From the NCBI GenBank assembly GCA_965212015.1, contig OZ243037.1, positions 1,216,001 to 1,280,000 of the forward strand: a stretch of 64,000 nucleotides of DNA, in the 5' to 3' direction. The DNA is from Cenarchaeum sp. GTDB lineage: Archaea > Thermoproteota > Nitrososphaeria > Nitrososphaerales > Nitrosopumilaceae. The notes below the pieces were generated by a model. That model saw nothing but the letters and a program-made list of their open reading frames with translations. It was not told where the DNA came from and did not search any database. Of the stretch, positions 39,247 to 49,075 are shown one piece after another. Positions within the stretch are counted from its first letter, which is position 1. Each line of letters begins with the position of its first letter. Both the position numbers and the translations under genes were made by a program.

Positions 39247-40611
39247 TTAGTCGCGCTTTAGGCTGCGCGCCCCGGCGTATTTGGTGCCAAGCTCGCCGGC
39301 AAACATGAATTCGTCCTCAAATGCCGGCTTTAGGTCGTCCAGCCAGATTGCATCCTCGTCGTATTTGGCATAAAACGGCTTGTTGACCCATTCCGGATTC
39401 CTTCCCTGCAAGAACCGCAGGGACATGACTTTTTGCCCGTTTATCACGGGGGTGCCGTCCACTAGCACCTTGCCGGGAGTCGCAGACATGCTAGGCCCCC
39501 GGACCGTCCTGCCCAGGCCGCTTACCTGCTTGTAGGCGTCCCTGAATATCTCATAGGCCCTCACCAGCGGGACGCCAAAGTAATGCTGCGCCCCCGTGTC
39601 GCGAACCACGAACATATAGTACGGAACGCACCCGAGCTGGACCTGATCCCTCCACATCTTGCTCCATACTGCTGCGTCGTCGTTGATGTGCGCCAGCAGC
39701 GGGGACTGGGTCCTGATCTGGGCGCCGGTGGCGTGAATCTTTTTGATTGCCAGCTTTGCCGCATCCGTCTTTAGCTCCACGTGGTGGTTAAAGTGTGACA
39801 TTATGGCCAGATGAATCCCGCTTTTGGTGATTTCCCGGAATGTTTCCAGCGTCTGCTCTGCGTCGCCGTCAGAGCTGACCTTGTACGGCCAGTACGCCAG
39901 CATTTTGGTGCCGATTCTTATGGTTTTGAGGTTTGGCAGGTCCGCCCCTAGCAGCGTGTCCACGTATCCCCTGAACATCTTGGCGTTCATGATCATCGGA
40001 TCGCCTCCTGTAAAGAGCACGTCGGAGATCTCTGGGTGCTCCCGGACATACTGCACCAGCTGTTCGCCCTCGCGCATTGCAAACTTCATGTCATCCATCC
40101 CGACAAACTGCGGCCATCTGAAGCAAAAGCTGCAGTATGCGTGGCACGTCTGGCTCTGGCTGGGGAAAAACAGGCACGTCTCTTTGTATTTGTGCTGCAT
40201 TCCGTACAGCTTTGTGCCGTCCCGGAGCACGGGCACGTTGAGCTCAAGCTGCCCCGCCGGGTGCGGGTTTAATTGCAGCCTTATCTCGTTGGCCGCCTGC
40301 GCAATCTCTTTTTTGTCGGCATTGTTTTTCAGCTTTTCTGCCATGGCCTCAAAGTGCTGCGTCTTGAGCATGTTTTTTTGCGGAAACGTCAGCACGTACA
40401 TGGGATCGTTGGGAATGTTATCCCAGTCGATTAGCTGCTCTACCACATAGTTGTTGGCCTTGAAGGGCAGCACGTTTCCGACGACTTCCATTTCAAACTT
40501 GGTCTGCTCGGGGAGCTGCTGGATCTGCGGCAGCTGCCTAAAGTTGGCCAGCGTGTATGATTTTAGCGAGGGGGACTCTGTCTCGCTCCAGACAGATTCT
40601 TGCAGCGCCAT
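39247..40611 (-). CDS. KamA-family radical SAM/PLP aminomutase
   Basis: HKY, CHAYCSFCFR (CxxxCxxC), LFTGGDP, IRIGTK, HFNH, QSPL, PYYMF, PGKV. Confidence 0.9.
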   Translation of the reverse strand: MALQESVWSETESPSLKSYTLANFRQLPQIQQLPEQTKFEMEVVGNVLPFKANNYVVEQLIDWDNIPNDPMYVLTFPQKNMLKTQHFEAMAEKLKNNADKKEIAQAANEIRLQLNPHPAGQLELNVPVLRDGTKLYGMQHKYKETCLFFPSQSQTCHAYCSFCFRWPQFVGMDDMKFAMREGEQLVQYVREHPEISDVLFTGGDPMIMNAKMFRGYVDTLLGADLPNLKTIRIGTKMLAYWPYKVSSDGDAEQTLETFREITKSGIHLAIMSHFNHHVELKTDAAKLAIKKIHATGAQIRTQSPLLAHINDDAAVWSKMWRDQVQLGCVPYYMFVVRDTGAQHYFGVPLVRAYEIFRDAYKQVSGLGRTVRGPSMSATPGKVLVDGTPVINGQKVMSLRFLQGRNPEWVNKPFYAKYDEDAIWLDDLKPAFEDEFMFAGELGTKYAGARSLKRD

Positions 40612-40760
40612 TAGTTGGATTGCCGCCCACTATTGTTAAAGGTTGGTATAAAACCAGAGTCAGGCGCGAAAACTAGGCGCGGCAGGCGTGTAAAAAACCC
40701 CGCTACAGGCGGCTTTCCCAAAATTTTTTAATCGATGAATTGGTGCACAAGTGACTGATA

Positions 40761-42491
40761 ATGGCCGAAGATGAGATAATAAACACCGTCTCAGGCCAGG
40801 TGGGCCAGTTTGAGACGGTCTTTGAGCTTTTGGCCTCGTCGCAGTCCCTGCAGATCGCCTTTGCCATACTGATCGCAGGCATAGTTGCAATCGTGCTGGC
40901 CTACAGGATGCTCTCGAGGTGGACCGCATCGCGCAAGCTGAGCTATATCAGGCCCCATGTTTCAAGGTTCGTAAGGGTCGCCATACTTCCGTTTTTTGCA
41001 ATAGCGCTAATCACCTCCACTAACGCATACATACAGACATTCGAGCTGTTCGATGACGCGTCAGGCGGCTCGGCAAACGAGACCTTTGCCAAGATGCTAA
41101 ACACGATGAACGTGCTGGTAATAGGGTATACGGTGGCGCAGCTTGTCCCCATAATCATGACAAAGCGCGAAAAGACCAGCCTGGAGAGAGATGACTATGA
41201 GATCTGGAAGTCGATGAGGGGGTTTCCGGACGACGAGGGAGATTTCTTTCACAAGCTGTTCAGGTGGATCCCGCCGCAGCATGTTCCGGAGGACATGACA
41301 GACGACGAGTTCCAGAAATACATGGGCACCGACGAGGGCAGGGACTATCTCGAGGAGTTTCGCACCACAAAGGGGATTCCGATCGGAAGCTACGAGAATC
41401 TAGTCGACGAGCCGTTTGAGAAATGGAAGAAAGAAGAGCGCAGGAAATACACGGCGTACTTTGAGAGCTGCGTCTCTGGCGACAACGAGTCGGGAAGAAA
41501 GCTAAAGACGGGACAAAAGACAGAAGAGGTATACCCCATAGATACGTGGAGGGAGGAAAAACGCGTCAGCGGCTACGGTGCAATCGTTGCCGGCGCAAGA
41601 CCGTCCGGATACGCCACAAAAAAGCGAAAGGACGTTCCAAAATCGGTAATGCAGATTATTCCAATCGGCGTCTTTGCGGCAGTGGTTCTCGGGGTGATAA
41701 GCTGGTGGGGCATAGACCTGATAGTCCTTGCAACTGCAACCGGCGGATTTGCAATCGGCATCGGCCTTGCGCTGCAAGAGACGATGCAGAACTGGTTTGC
41801 ATACATTATGATAAGAAAGGACAAGATAGTAGCCGAGGGCGACAGGATCGCCCTAGAGAGCGGCTACAACGGATATGTACACAAGATCACGGCACGGGTG
41901 ACGTACATCCGCCACGGCATGAACGAGTCGTACGCGATAATACCCACGAGGAACCTCATCAACGCCCAGATTATCAACTTTTCAAAGGACTCAAAGCTGG
42001 TGCCGGCAGTAGTCGATGTGGGCGTGTCCTACCTGAACGATCCCAAGCAGGTGGCCTCCATCCTAGTCAAGATCGGAAAGCGGGCAATGTCCGAGATTAC
42101 AGACGAGAAGGGAAGGCACCTGATCAGGCAAAAGAGATGCCCGTATCTGGCAGAGAACAAGGCAAGCTGCGGGTGCGATTCCGGGCTGCACATAGACATC
42201 AGCCAGCCGGTGGTGCGGTTCAACAAGTTCAACGACTCGGCGCTTGACTTTTCGGTGTGGGTCTATGTCAGGGACTATGGCGCACAGTTCAAGGCAAAGA
42301 CGGACATGAGGATGATCATGTACGAGGAGTTCAAAAGGTATGATGTCAGGATTCCATGGCCCATCAGAACCGTCTATCAGGGCGACGAAAAGAGGGAATC
42401 CGAGGAGATTGGAAGGCTTGACGGGGATCGCAACAAGGCAATAGACGAGTTCGGAGTCGGGGACATCTCCAAGGGCGGATCGGAGGAATAG
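40761..42491 (+). CDS. mscS: MscS-family mechanosensitive channel with a large soluble insertion
   Basis: GGFAIGIGLALQETMQN pore helix, GDRI, IPTRNL, VGVSY, F....SALDF, IPWPIRTV. Confidence 0.88.
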   Translation: MAEDEIINTVSGQVGQFETVFELLASSQSLQIAFAILIAGIVAIVLAYRMLSRWTASRKLSYIRPHVSRFVRVAILPFFAIALITSTNAYIQTFELFDDASGGSANETFAKMLNTMNVLVIGYTVAQLVPIIMTKREKTSLERDDYEIWKSMRGFPDDEGDFFHKLFRWIPPQHVPEDMTDDEFQKYMGTDEGRDYLEEFRTTKGIPIGSYENLVDEPFEKWKKEERRKYTAYFESCVSGDNESGRKLKTGQKTEEVYPIDTWREEKRVSGYGAIVAGARPSGYATKKRKDVPKSVMQIIPIGVFAAVVLGVISWWGIDLIVLATATGGFAIGIGLALQETMQNWFAYIMIRKDKIVAEGDRIALESGYNGYVHKITARVTYIRHGMNESYAIIPTRNLINAQIINFSKDSKLVPAVVDVGVSYLNDPKQVASILVKIGKRAMSEITDEKGRHLIRQKRCPYLAENKASCGCDSGLHIDISQPVVRFNKFNDSALDFSVWVYVRDYGAQFKAKTDMRMIMYEEFKRYDVRIPWPIRTVYQGDEKRESEEIGRLDGDRNKAIDEFGVGDISKGGSEE

Positions 42492-42542
42492 CCGGTCTCT
42501 TCATTCTCAAAATTTAAGAGCCCCCAGTTTATCAGGGATCCA

Positions 42543-43412
42543 TTGGCACGCACCATAATCACGGGCAATGCGCCGCACCTGGCAAGGGGGGTGGCGAGGA
42601 GGCTCGGGGCAGACCATATAAGATCCAAGCTGCACGTGTTTGCCGACGGCGAGGGCAAGATTACGCTGGAATCAAGGCCGAAGAGGGGCGCCATAATAGT
42701 AATCCAGTCCACCCACCCGCCCGTGGATTCAAACTTGATTCAGGCGCTGCTGCTGATCGGCAAGGCGCGAAAGTTTTCTGCCAACGTCACTGCGGTGATT
42801 CCCTACATGGGGTACGCCCGGCAGGACAAGGAGTTCATACCCGGCGAGATTATAACGCTGGACATAATATCGGGCCTGTTTCGCGCCGCCGGCGCAAAAA
42901 AAATCATTACAATAGACATACACAGTGTGGCAAGCCTCAAAAAGTTCGGAATTACATCAAGGAACATCACTGCCATACCGGAGCTGGCGCGCCGTTTCAA
43001 AAGACTGAACCTGAGAGACCCGCTTGTCGTGTCCCCGGATCTTGGGGGCGCCGGCAGGGCAAAAGAGTTTGCAGAGGTGTACGGGTCAGACCACATTGCC
43101 CTGAAAAAACACAGGGACAAGAGCACGGGGAGGGTCAGGATTATGAATTCCAGCCTGCATGATGTAAAAGGAAGGGACACCATACTGGTAGACGACATGA
43201 TCAGCACCGGCGGGAGCATCATCAAGGCCACCAGGTTTCTAAAGGGGCAAAAATGCAGGCGGGTCTTTGTCGCGTGCACCCACGCCCTGCTAGTCGGCGG
43301 CGCGCAGGCGGAGATCAAAAAGGCAGGAGTCGCGCGGATTGTAAGCGCAAACACCATACCGGGAAGCACAAACGGGGTGGACGTGTCGGGCCTGATTGCA
43401 AAGGCGGTATAA
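42543..43412 (+). CDS. prs: Ribose-phosphate pyrophosphokinase
   Basis: FADGE, PYMGYARQDK, VSPDLGG, VDDMISTGGS. Confidence 0.95.
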   Translation: MARTIITGNAPHLARGVARRLGADHIRSKLHVFADGEGKITLESRPKRGAIIVIQSTHPPVDSNLIQALLLIGKARKFSANVTAVIPYMGYARQDKEFIPGEIITLDIISGLFRAAGAKKIITIDIHSVASLKKFGITSRNITAIPELARRFKRLNLRDPLVVSPDLGGAGRAKEFAEVYGSDHIALKKHRDKSTGRVRIMNSSLHDVKGRDTILVDDMISTGGSIIKATRFLKGQKCRRVFVACTHALLVGGAQAEIKKAGVARIVSANTIPGSTNGVDVSGLIAKAV

Positions 43413-43512
43413 TGTATGTGGGTTTGGTCCGCCGGGAAAAGAATTGGCAGTCAGCACGCAGAAAAACGCGCAATCTATAGGCATAAAAGCTTGACGGGAC
43501 TGTTCTAGTCAA

Positions 43513-44409
43513 ATGAAACTGGTGTTTCTGGGTACATCGGCGGCGCAGCCCACCGGAAAAAGGGGGCTGTCGTGCGTCTGCCTCAGTGTGGAGGGGGAGG
43601 TTCTCATGTTTGATGCAGGCGAGGGGGCGCAGATCTCGTATATGAAATCCGGGCTCGGATGGAACAAAAAGACCAGGATTTTTGTCACGCACATGCACGG
43701 TGATCACTGCATAGGGATTCTGGGCCTGCTGCAGACAATGACGCTGCAAAAAAGAACAAAGGCAGTAGAAATCTATGGCCCCGAGGGAATCGAGGACTTT
43801 GTCGCCGCAAACGCGGGAATACTAAACTTTGGCCTGTCGTTTCCCATAATGGTCACCACCGTGGGCGAGGGGACGGTGCTTGATACTGGAAAATACACGG
43901 TCACGGCGTGCAGTGCGGAGCACTCGATTCGCGCATTCTCCTACTGTTTTATTGAAAAGGACCGGCAGGGCAGGTTCTTTCCCGAAAAGGCAAAAAAGCT
44001 CGGGGTTGCCGAGGGGGGGCTGTGGAACAGGCTCCAGCACGGAGAGGAGGTGCAGGTGGGCGACAGGACCGTCACGCCCTCGCAGGTGCTAGGCGAAAAA
44101 CGCAGGGGCAAAAAGATCGGCATATCTGGCGATACGCGGCCCACGCAGAGACTAGAGGAGTTCTTTGGGCGGTGCGACTGCCTTGTATTTGATTCAACGT
44201 TTTCCGGCGAGTTGGAGGAAAAGGCCAAAAGTACCGGCCATTCGACGTCGTCAGAGGCGGCAACGCTGGCAAAAAACGCGGGCGTAAAAAAGCTGATACT
44301 GACGCATTTTTCGGCAAGGTATGACGACGAGTCCGTCCTGCAGGAGGAGGCACAAAGGATTCACGGCTCGGTGATTGCGGCAAGGGATCTCTTGGAGGTG
44401 GAGGTTTAG
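43513..44409 (+). CDS. rnz: Ribonuclease Z
   Basis: [39 protein letters not shown]. Confidence 0.95.
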   Translation: MKLVFLGTSAAQPTGKRGLSCVCLSVEGEVLMFDAGEGAQISYMKSGLGWNKKTRIFVTHMHGDHCIGILGLLQTMTLQKRTKAVEIYGPEGIEDFVAANAGILNFGLSFPIMVTTVGEGTVLDTGKYTVTACSAEHSIRAFSYCFIEKDRQGRFFPEKAKKLGVAEGGLWNRLQHGEEVQVGDRTVTPSQVLGEKRRGKKIGISGDTRPTQRLEEFFGRCDCLVFDSTFSGELEEKAKSTGHSTSSEAATLAKNAGVKKLILTHFSARYDDESVLQEEAQRIHGSVIAARDLLEVEV

Positions 44410-45132
44410 ATGCTCAAGGATGCCATCAGGGCGCTGTTGAATTCAAAAAAAATCGTGTTTGTCACCGGCGCGGGGATTTCCCAGGAGAGCGGAATTCCGA
44501 CATTCAGGGGAAAGGACGGGCTTTGGAGAAGGCATGATCCCATGAAGCTGGCCACGATTGACGCCTTTAACGAGGATCCGGCGCTTGTCTGGGAGTGGTA
44601 CGAGGACCGGCGGAGGGCCGTCTGCTCTGCAGTACCCAATCCCGGACACGCGGCAATCGCTGAGCTCGAGGAGTTTTATTCCGTGTCCGTGCTGACGCAA
44701 AACATAGACGAGCTGCACCAGAGGGCGGGAAGCTCCAGCGTCCTGGAGCTGCACGGCAGCATAGTCCGGACAAAGTGCACCGCCTGTGATTTTCACGGCA
44801 GGGCCGAAAGCTTTGCAGAGCTGCCTCCTGCGTGCGAGTGCGGCGGCATCTTGCGCCCCGACGTGGTATGGTTCGGAGAACCGCTCTGCCAGGAGGTCTG
44901 GAACGGGGCGGCGCGCGAGGCAGAGATGTGCGACATGATGATCATCGCCGGAACGTCGCTCAAGGTGTCGCCGGCAAACAGGCTGCCGGAGCTTGCCAGG
45001 CAGAACGGCGCGTTTCTGGCAGAGATAAATCCAGAAAAGACGGAAATGACCGGCGACATGGACGTCTCTATCAGGGATACGTCATCACGCGTGCTTCCAA
45101 GACTGGTAGAGGCCGCAAAGTCAAATGGCTAG
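44410..45132 (+). CDS. cobB: Sir2-family NAD-dependent protein deacylase
   Basis: GAGISQESGIPTFRG, TQNID.LH, LHGS, RPDVVWFGE, GTSL.V.PA. Confidence 0.93.
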   Translation: MLKDAIRALLNSKKIVFVTGAGISQESGIPTFRGKDGLWRRHDPMKLATIDAFNEDPALVWEWYEDRRRAVCSAVPNPGHAAIAELEEFYSVSVLTQNIDELHQRAGSSSVLELHGSIVRTKCTACDFHGRAESFAELPPACECGGILRPDVVWFGEPLCQEVWNGAAREAEMCDMMIIAGTSLKVSPANRLPELARQNGAFLAEINPEKTEMTGDMDVSIRDTSSRVLPRLVEAAKSNG

Positions 45133-45154
45133 ATTTCGGTTACATACAGCGGTA

Positions 45155-45391
45155 TCATCGCAGGAGGTTGCCTGATGACTCTTTGATGCCGTCTAGCTGG
45201 CTGTTTGCCAGATCAATTGAGCTGTCAAGGCCTTTTTCCACCTGTACTAGCGCGTCGCTTGCAATGTCGCCGGCCTGGTCTTTTATCGAGTCAAAGATTG
45301 GCGGTATGTCCAGGGAAACATCCAGAGTCTGGGGCAGGAACATGAATGCGCCCACTGCAAAGATGCCGCAGATGATTGCTAATTTTATCAT
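45155..45391 (-). CDS. Small membrane-anchored hypothetical protein
   Basis: N-terminal TM followed by an amphipathic acidic region. Confidence 0.55.
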   Translation of the reverse strand: MIKLAIICGIFAVGAFMFLPQTLDVSLDIPPIFDSIKDQAGDIASDALVQVEKGLDSSIDLANSQLDGIKESSGNLLR

Positions 45392-45451
45392 CGTGTTTGA
45401 ATGATAAAGTCGTTTTTTCACGACAGGGATGAAAAGTTTAACGCAATCGAC

Positions 45452-45859
45452 TCAATTTTTGTTGATCGCACTGCCGGTCAGCCATTCTATGACCCGTTCG
45501 ATCCGGTCGGATTCGAGCACAATCCTGATTGGGCCCAGCGGGGATTCGTCGGCGTGGTCGCACAGGGCCACATTGTTTGCAAAGGCGGCCTGCTTGTTGA
45601 GAAAAAACCACGTAGAGCCGCCGTCCGTGTTGTTTTTCAAATGCCGGAGATACGCCCGCTGGCTTTGCCTGGAATGCATCGTCTCGTATATCCTCCAAAG
45701 CGAGTCCAGATCGGCCGTTGCCAGGGCGGTGCTTTTTCCAACCCTTATCTCCGAGTCGGGAAATACATTCGAGATGGCCTGGCGAATCTTTTCTGGATCC
45801 TCGGAGGGATGAACGTCGCAGTGTGCGCTGACCTTACAGCCGATGTTCGGGATTTTCAT
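45452..45859 (-). CDS. UPF0201/DUF54 RNA-binding-like protein
   Basis: PSEDPEK, LNKQAA, ESPLGPI. Confidence 0.85.
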   Translation of the reverse strand: MKIPNIGCKVSAHCDVHPSEDPEKIRQAISNVFPDSEIRVGKSTALATADLDSLWRIYETMHSRQSQRAYLRHLKNNTDGGSTWFFLNKQAAFANNVALCDHADESPLGPIRIVLESDRIERVIEWLTGSAINKN

Positions 45860-46407
45860 CAGCTCTCCCAGCGTTGAATGATGGAGGCGGTCCTGTCAAC
45901 TAGCTCCTGTACCGTCATATTGTTGTTTGATATTGATTCGTCGGCAAGTGCGATAGAGGCGCTTATCCCGACTCCCAGCTCCCTCGAGTCCCTCTTGTCA
46001 AAGTTTTCCTTGTCGCGCGGATCGTCCGGCCTTGCCCTTTTGGCTAAAAAGTCGTATCTGGTATCCGTCGAGGCGTGGATGGAGATTATCTTGACGTCGC
46101 ATATTTTTTTGAGGGACTGGATTTCCTCGTTTGAGCGTATGCCGTCCACTATTATCACGTCCGAGTCCGAGTCGTCTATCTGCGGCCTGGCAAGCTGCAC
46201 TACCGCATCCGGGCCGTTTTGGCGGCGCAGCTCAAGCATTAGCCTGCCCAGGTTGCCGCCGGTGGGCTCTAGGTTTCTTCTTTTGGCCTCCCGCCTCACT
46301 GCGTCGCCCAGGTTAACTATCTTGTAGCCTTTTGATTTCAGGCCGTTGGCAATTGTGGATTTTCCCGCCCCGGGCATCCCCGTAAGACAGACGATCAATC
46401 CGGCCAT
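45859..46407 (-). CDS. P-loop nucleotide kinase (UPF0200/dephospho-CoA-kinase-like)
   Basis: GMPGAGKST, GDAVR, VDGIRS, RDSREL. Confidence 0.85.
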   Translation of the reverse strand: MAGLIVCLTGMPGAGKSTIANGLKSKGYKIVNLGDAVRREAKRRNLEPTGGNLGRLMLELRRQNGPDAVVQLARPQIDDSDSDVIIVDGIRSNEEIQSLKKICDVKIISIHASTDTRYDFLAKRARPDDPRDKENFDKRDSRELGVGISASIALADESISNNNMTVQELVDRTASIIQRWES

Positions 46408-46480
46408 ACGGTTGGCTTGAACCGGTCTTTGCTATGAAGATATCGGAAATAATTATAAGGAAAACAGGACAAAAATCCCA

Positions 46481-47020
46481 ATGCGGGCTTTTGTGGCAGT
46501 CGAGATTACAGACGTGGGGCTGGTAAAAAAAATCTCAGAGCTTCAGGCCGGGCTGAAAATCAAGGCAAGGCCGGTCAGTCCGGCAAACATGCACTTTACG
46601 CTCCAGTTTCTGGGAGACGTTGCAGAGACGGCCATTACAGGCATACAGGCGGCCCTCAGATGCGTCAGCTTTGAGCCGTTCGCGCTGCGCCTTTCTGGAA
46701 TAGGCGCCTTTCCTGGCACAAAGTCGCCCCGGGTCGTATGGGTCGGAGTCGATAGCGCCGGCAGAGACAGGCTTTCAGGGCTGGCAGGAACGGTCAGAGA
46801 CGCGCTGTCGCAGTCGGGATTTGGCCGCGACGGGCAGTTTAGGCCCCATGTCACAATCTTTAGGATTAAAAACAAGGCGGACATAACCAGGGACTTGGAG
46901 GAATTTCAAAATGTCGAGCTTGGCTGCCAGAGGGTGTCCCGAATCAAGCTAAAAAAGAGCGTCCTGACACCGGACGGCCCGGTCTATTCGGATCTGCTGG
47001 AGGTGGCCGCCAAACAATGA
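46481..47020 (+). CDS. thpR: RNA 2',3'-cyclic phosphodiesterase (2H family)
   Basis: MRAFVAV, HFTL and HVTI motifs, L.PDGPVY. Confidence 0.92.
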   Translation: MRAFVAVEITDVGLVKKISELQAGLKIKARPVSPANMHFTLQFLGDVAETAITGIQAALRCVSFEPFALRLSGIGAFPGTKSPRVVWVGVDSAGRDRLSGLAGTVRDALSQSGFGRDGQFRPHVTIFRIKNKADITRDLEEFQNVELGCQRVSRIKLKKSVLTPDGPVYSDLLEVAAKQ

Positions 47021-48347
47021 AGGCCGTACTGGCAGAGGCGCGAAAAATCGTGACGCCGACTTCGCGCGCAGAGCGCGAAAAAAACGCGATCGCCGGCGAG
47101 GCGTTCAGGCTGATTGACGGGGAGGCCTCAAGGTATCCCGAGATAAGGGGAGTAGAGTTTGGCGGGTCGTATCCCAAGGGAACGTGGCTGCCCGAAAAGG
47201 CGGACGTGGACGTATTCATAAAGTTCGACGCATCCACGTCGAGAAAAAAGTTCACCGAGATAACAAAAAAGATCGGCTTTACATCGCTGAAAAAATACGG
47301 GCCGTACGTGAGATTTTCAGAGCACCCGTACGTGGAGGCCGACATGAGGGGGACAAAGGTCAACGTCGTTCCGTGCTATCTGGTGCAGATGGGAAGCTGG
47401 AAGAGCTCCACTGACAGGACGCAGTTTCACACAAAGTTCATGCTGGAGAACCTGTCAGGCCCCATGAAGGGCAGCGTGAGGCTGCTAAAGCGGTTTTGAT
47501 AAACAACGGGATTTACGGCGCAGAGATATCGCAGCAGGGCTTTAGCGGGTACATAACTGAGGTTCTGGTGTGGAACTTTGGAAGCTTTGAGGGCGTGATG
47601 CGGGCCATCGCGCAGACAGAGACGCAGCAGGTAATCGGCAAGTCGACAAAAGAGTTTGACACGGCAATCACCGTCATGGATCCGGTAGACTCGCAGAGGA
47701 ACCTGGCCGCCGCAGTCTCAAGCGAGAACGTGGGAAGGTTCGTGCTCTTGTGCAGGAGCTTTCTCAAAAATCCCTCCGTCTCGTACTTTACCCGGCAAAA
47801 AAAGAGGGCCAGCCGCGTCCTGCTCAAAAACTGCATCGCCGTAGAGTTCGAATACGGCCACAGGAGTCCGGACATAATCTGGGGCCAGCTAAAGCGCGCC
47901 ACAAGCACGATCTCGACGCAGCTGGGAATGGCAGGCTTTAAGGTCATAAGATCCAGGGCGTATACTGACGAGAGGAAAAAGGCGGGCCTCTATTTTCTGC
48001 TGGAATCCACAGAGGTATCTGGATACCACATCAATACGGGACCCGAGTTTTTCAGCAGGCACGACTCGAGCCGGTTCGTCTCGCAGAACGCAAAAAAGTC
48101 GCTTTCGATGTGGGTCGCCGGCGACGGGAGGATACTTTCGCTTGAAAAACGCGAGGGCAGCGCAAAAAAGTTCCTCGCTGATCTATTAAGGAATAGGCTG
48201 GCAAGATCGGGGATTCCCAGCGGCATAAAATCCGACATTAGACAGGGATGCAGGATATCGATGCCGGGCAATACGGCCGGCAAATCAGTTAAAGCACCGC
48301 TTTTGGAGCTAGTCTCTACTGATGCGACGATATTTCCAGCCAATTAG
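47017..48347 (+). CDS. cca: Archaeal class I CCA-adding enzyme, split into two frames at 47494-47499
   Basis: Part 1: GSYPKGTWL, DVDVF, EHPY, DRT.FH, VRLLKRF. Part 2 (-1 frame): GIYGAE...GFSGY..E, DPVD..RN.AAA. Confidence 0.9.
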
Positions 48348-49074
48348 CGTTTTTGGTGCAGAGCCGTACTCTAGAATACTGGCATATCCCCGGCCTTCAA
48401 AAGGACGGATATCATCAAGGCTCAAGGAGCTAGAAAAGCTCGGAATCACCAGGGTCTCTTTTTGGGGCGGCACCAGGATAGAGAACCTCAACATACTGGG
48501 AAAGGGATACGCCGGGGTGGTGGTGCTAGCCAAGAAAAACGCCAGGGTCGTGGCCCTAAAGATTCGCCGAATCGACTCGCAACGGGAATGCATGAAGGAC
48601 GAGGCCCGGCTGCTGCACCTGGCAAACAAGGCAGGCGTGGGGCCAAAGCTGATCGCATCAAGCCGGAATTTTCTGGTAATGGAGTATCTCAGCGGCGAGA
48701 AGATAGGGGAGTGGATTGCAGGCGCAAAGGGCGGCGCAGGCGAGATAAAATGTATAGTAAGGGCCGTGCTTGAGGACTGCTTTAGGCTGGATGAGAGCGG
48801 CCTTGATCACGGCGAGCTGAACAGCATGGCAAAACACGCCATCGTGGGGACAAGGACTACCATCGTTGATTTTGAGAGCGCAAGCACCAAAAGACGCGTC
48901 TCAAACGTGACTTCGGCCACGCAGGGAATTTTCATCGGCTCGGGCATCTCAAAAAAGATCAACAGGACCCACAGGCTGCCAAAAAAAGACAGGCTGATCT
49001 CGGCGCTGAGGGCATACAAAAAGGAACAAAACAGGGAGAGCTTTGAGGGCATTCTCAAGGTGCTGAGGATCTAA
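48322..49074 (+). CDS. Atypical Ser/Thr protein kinase (RIO/Bud32-like)
   Basis: LGKGYAGVV, VALKIRR, MEY, HGEL, VDFESAS. Confidence 0.85.
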   Translation: MRRYFQPISVFGAEPYSRILAYPRPSKGRISSRLKELEKLGITRVSFWGGTRIENLNILGKGYAGVVVLAKKNARVVALKIRRIDSQRECMKDEARLLHLANKAGVGPKLIASSRNFLVMEYLSGEKIGEWIAGAKGGAGEIKCIVRAVLEDCFRLDESGLDHGELNSMAKHAIVGTRTTIVDFESASTKRRVSNVTSATQGIFIGSGISKKINRTHRLPKKDRLISALRAYKKEQNRESFEGILKVLRI

Positions 49075-49075
49075 G

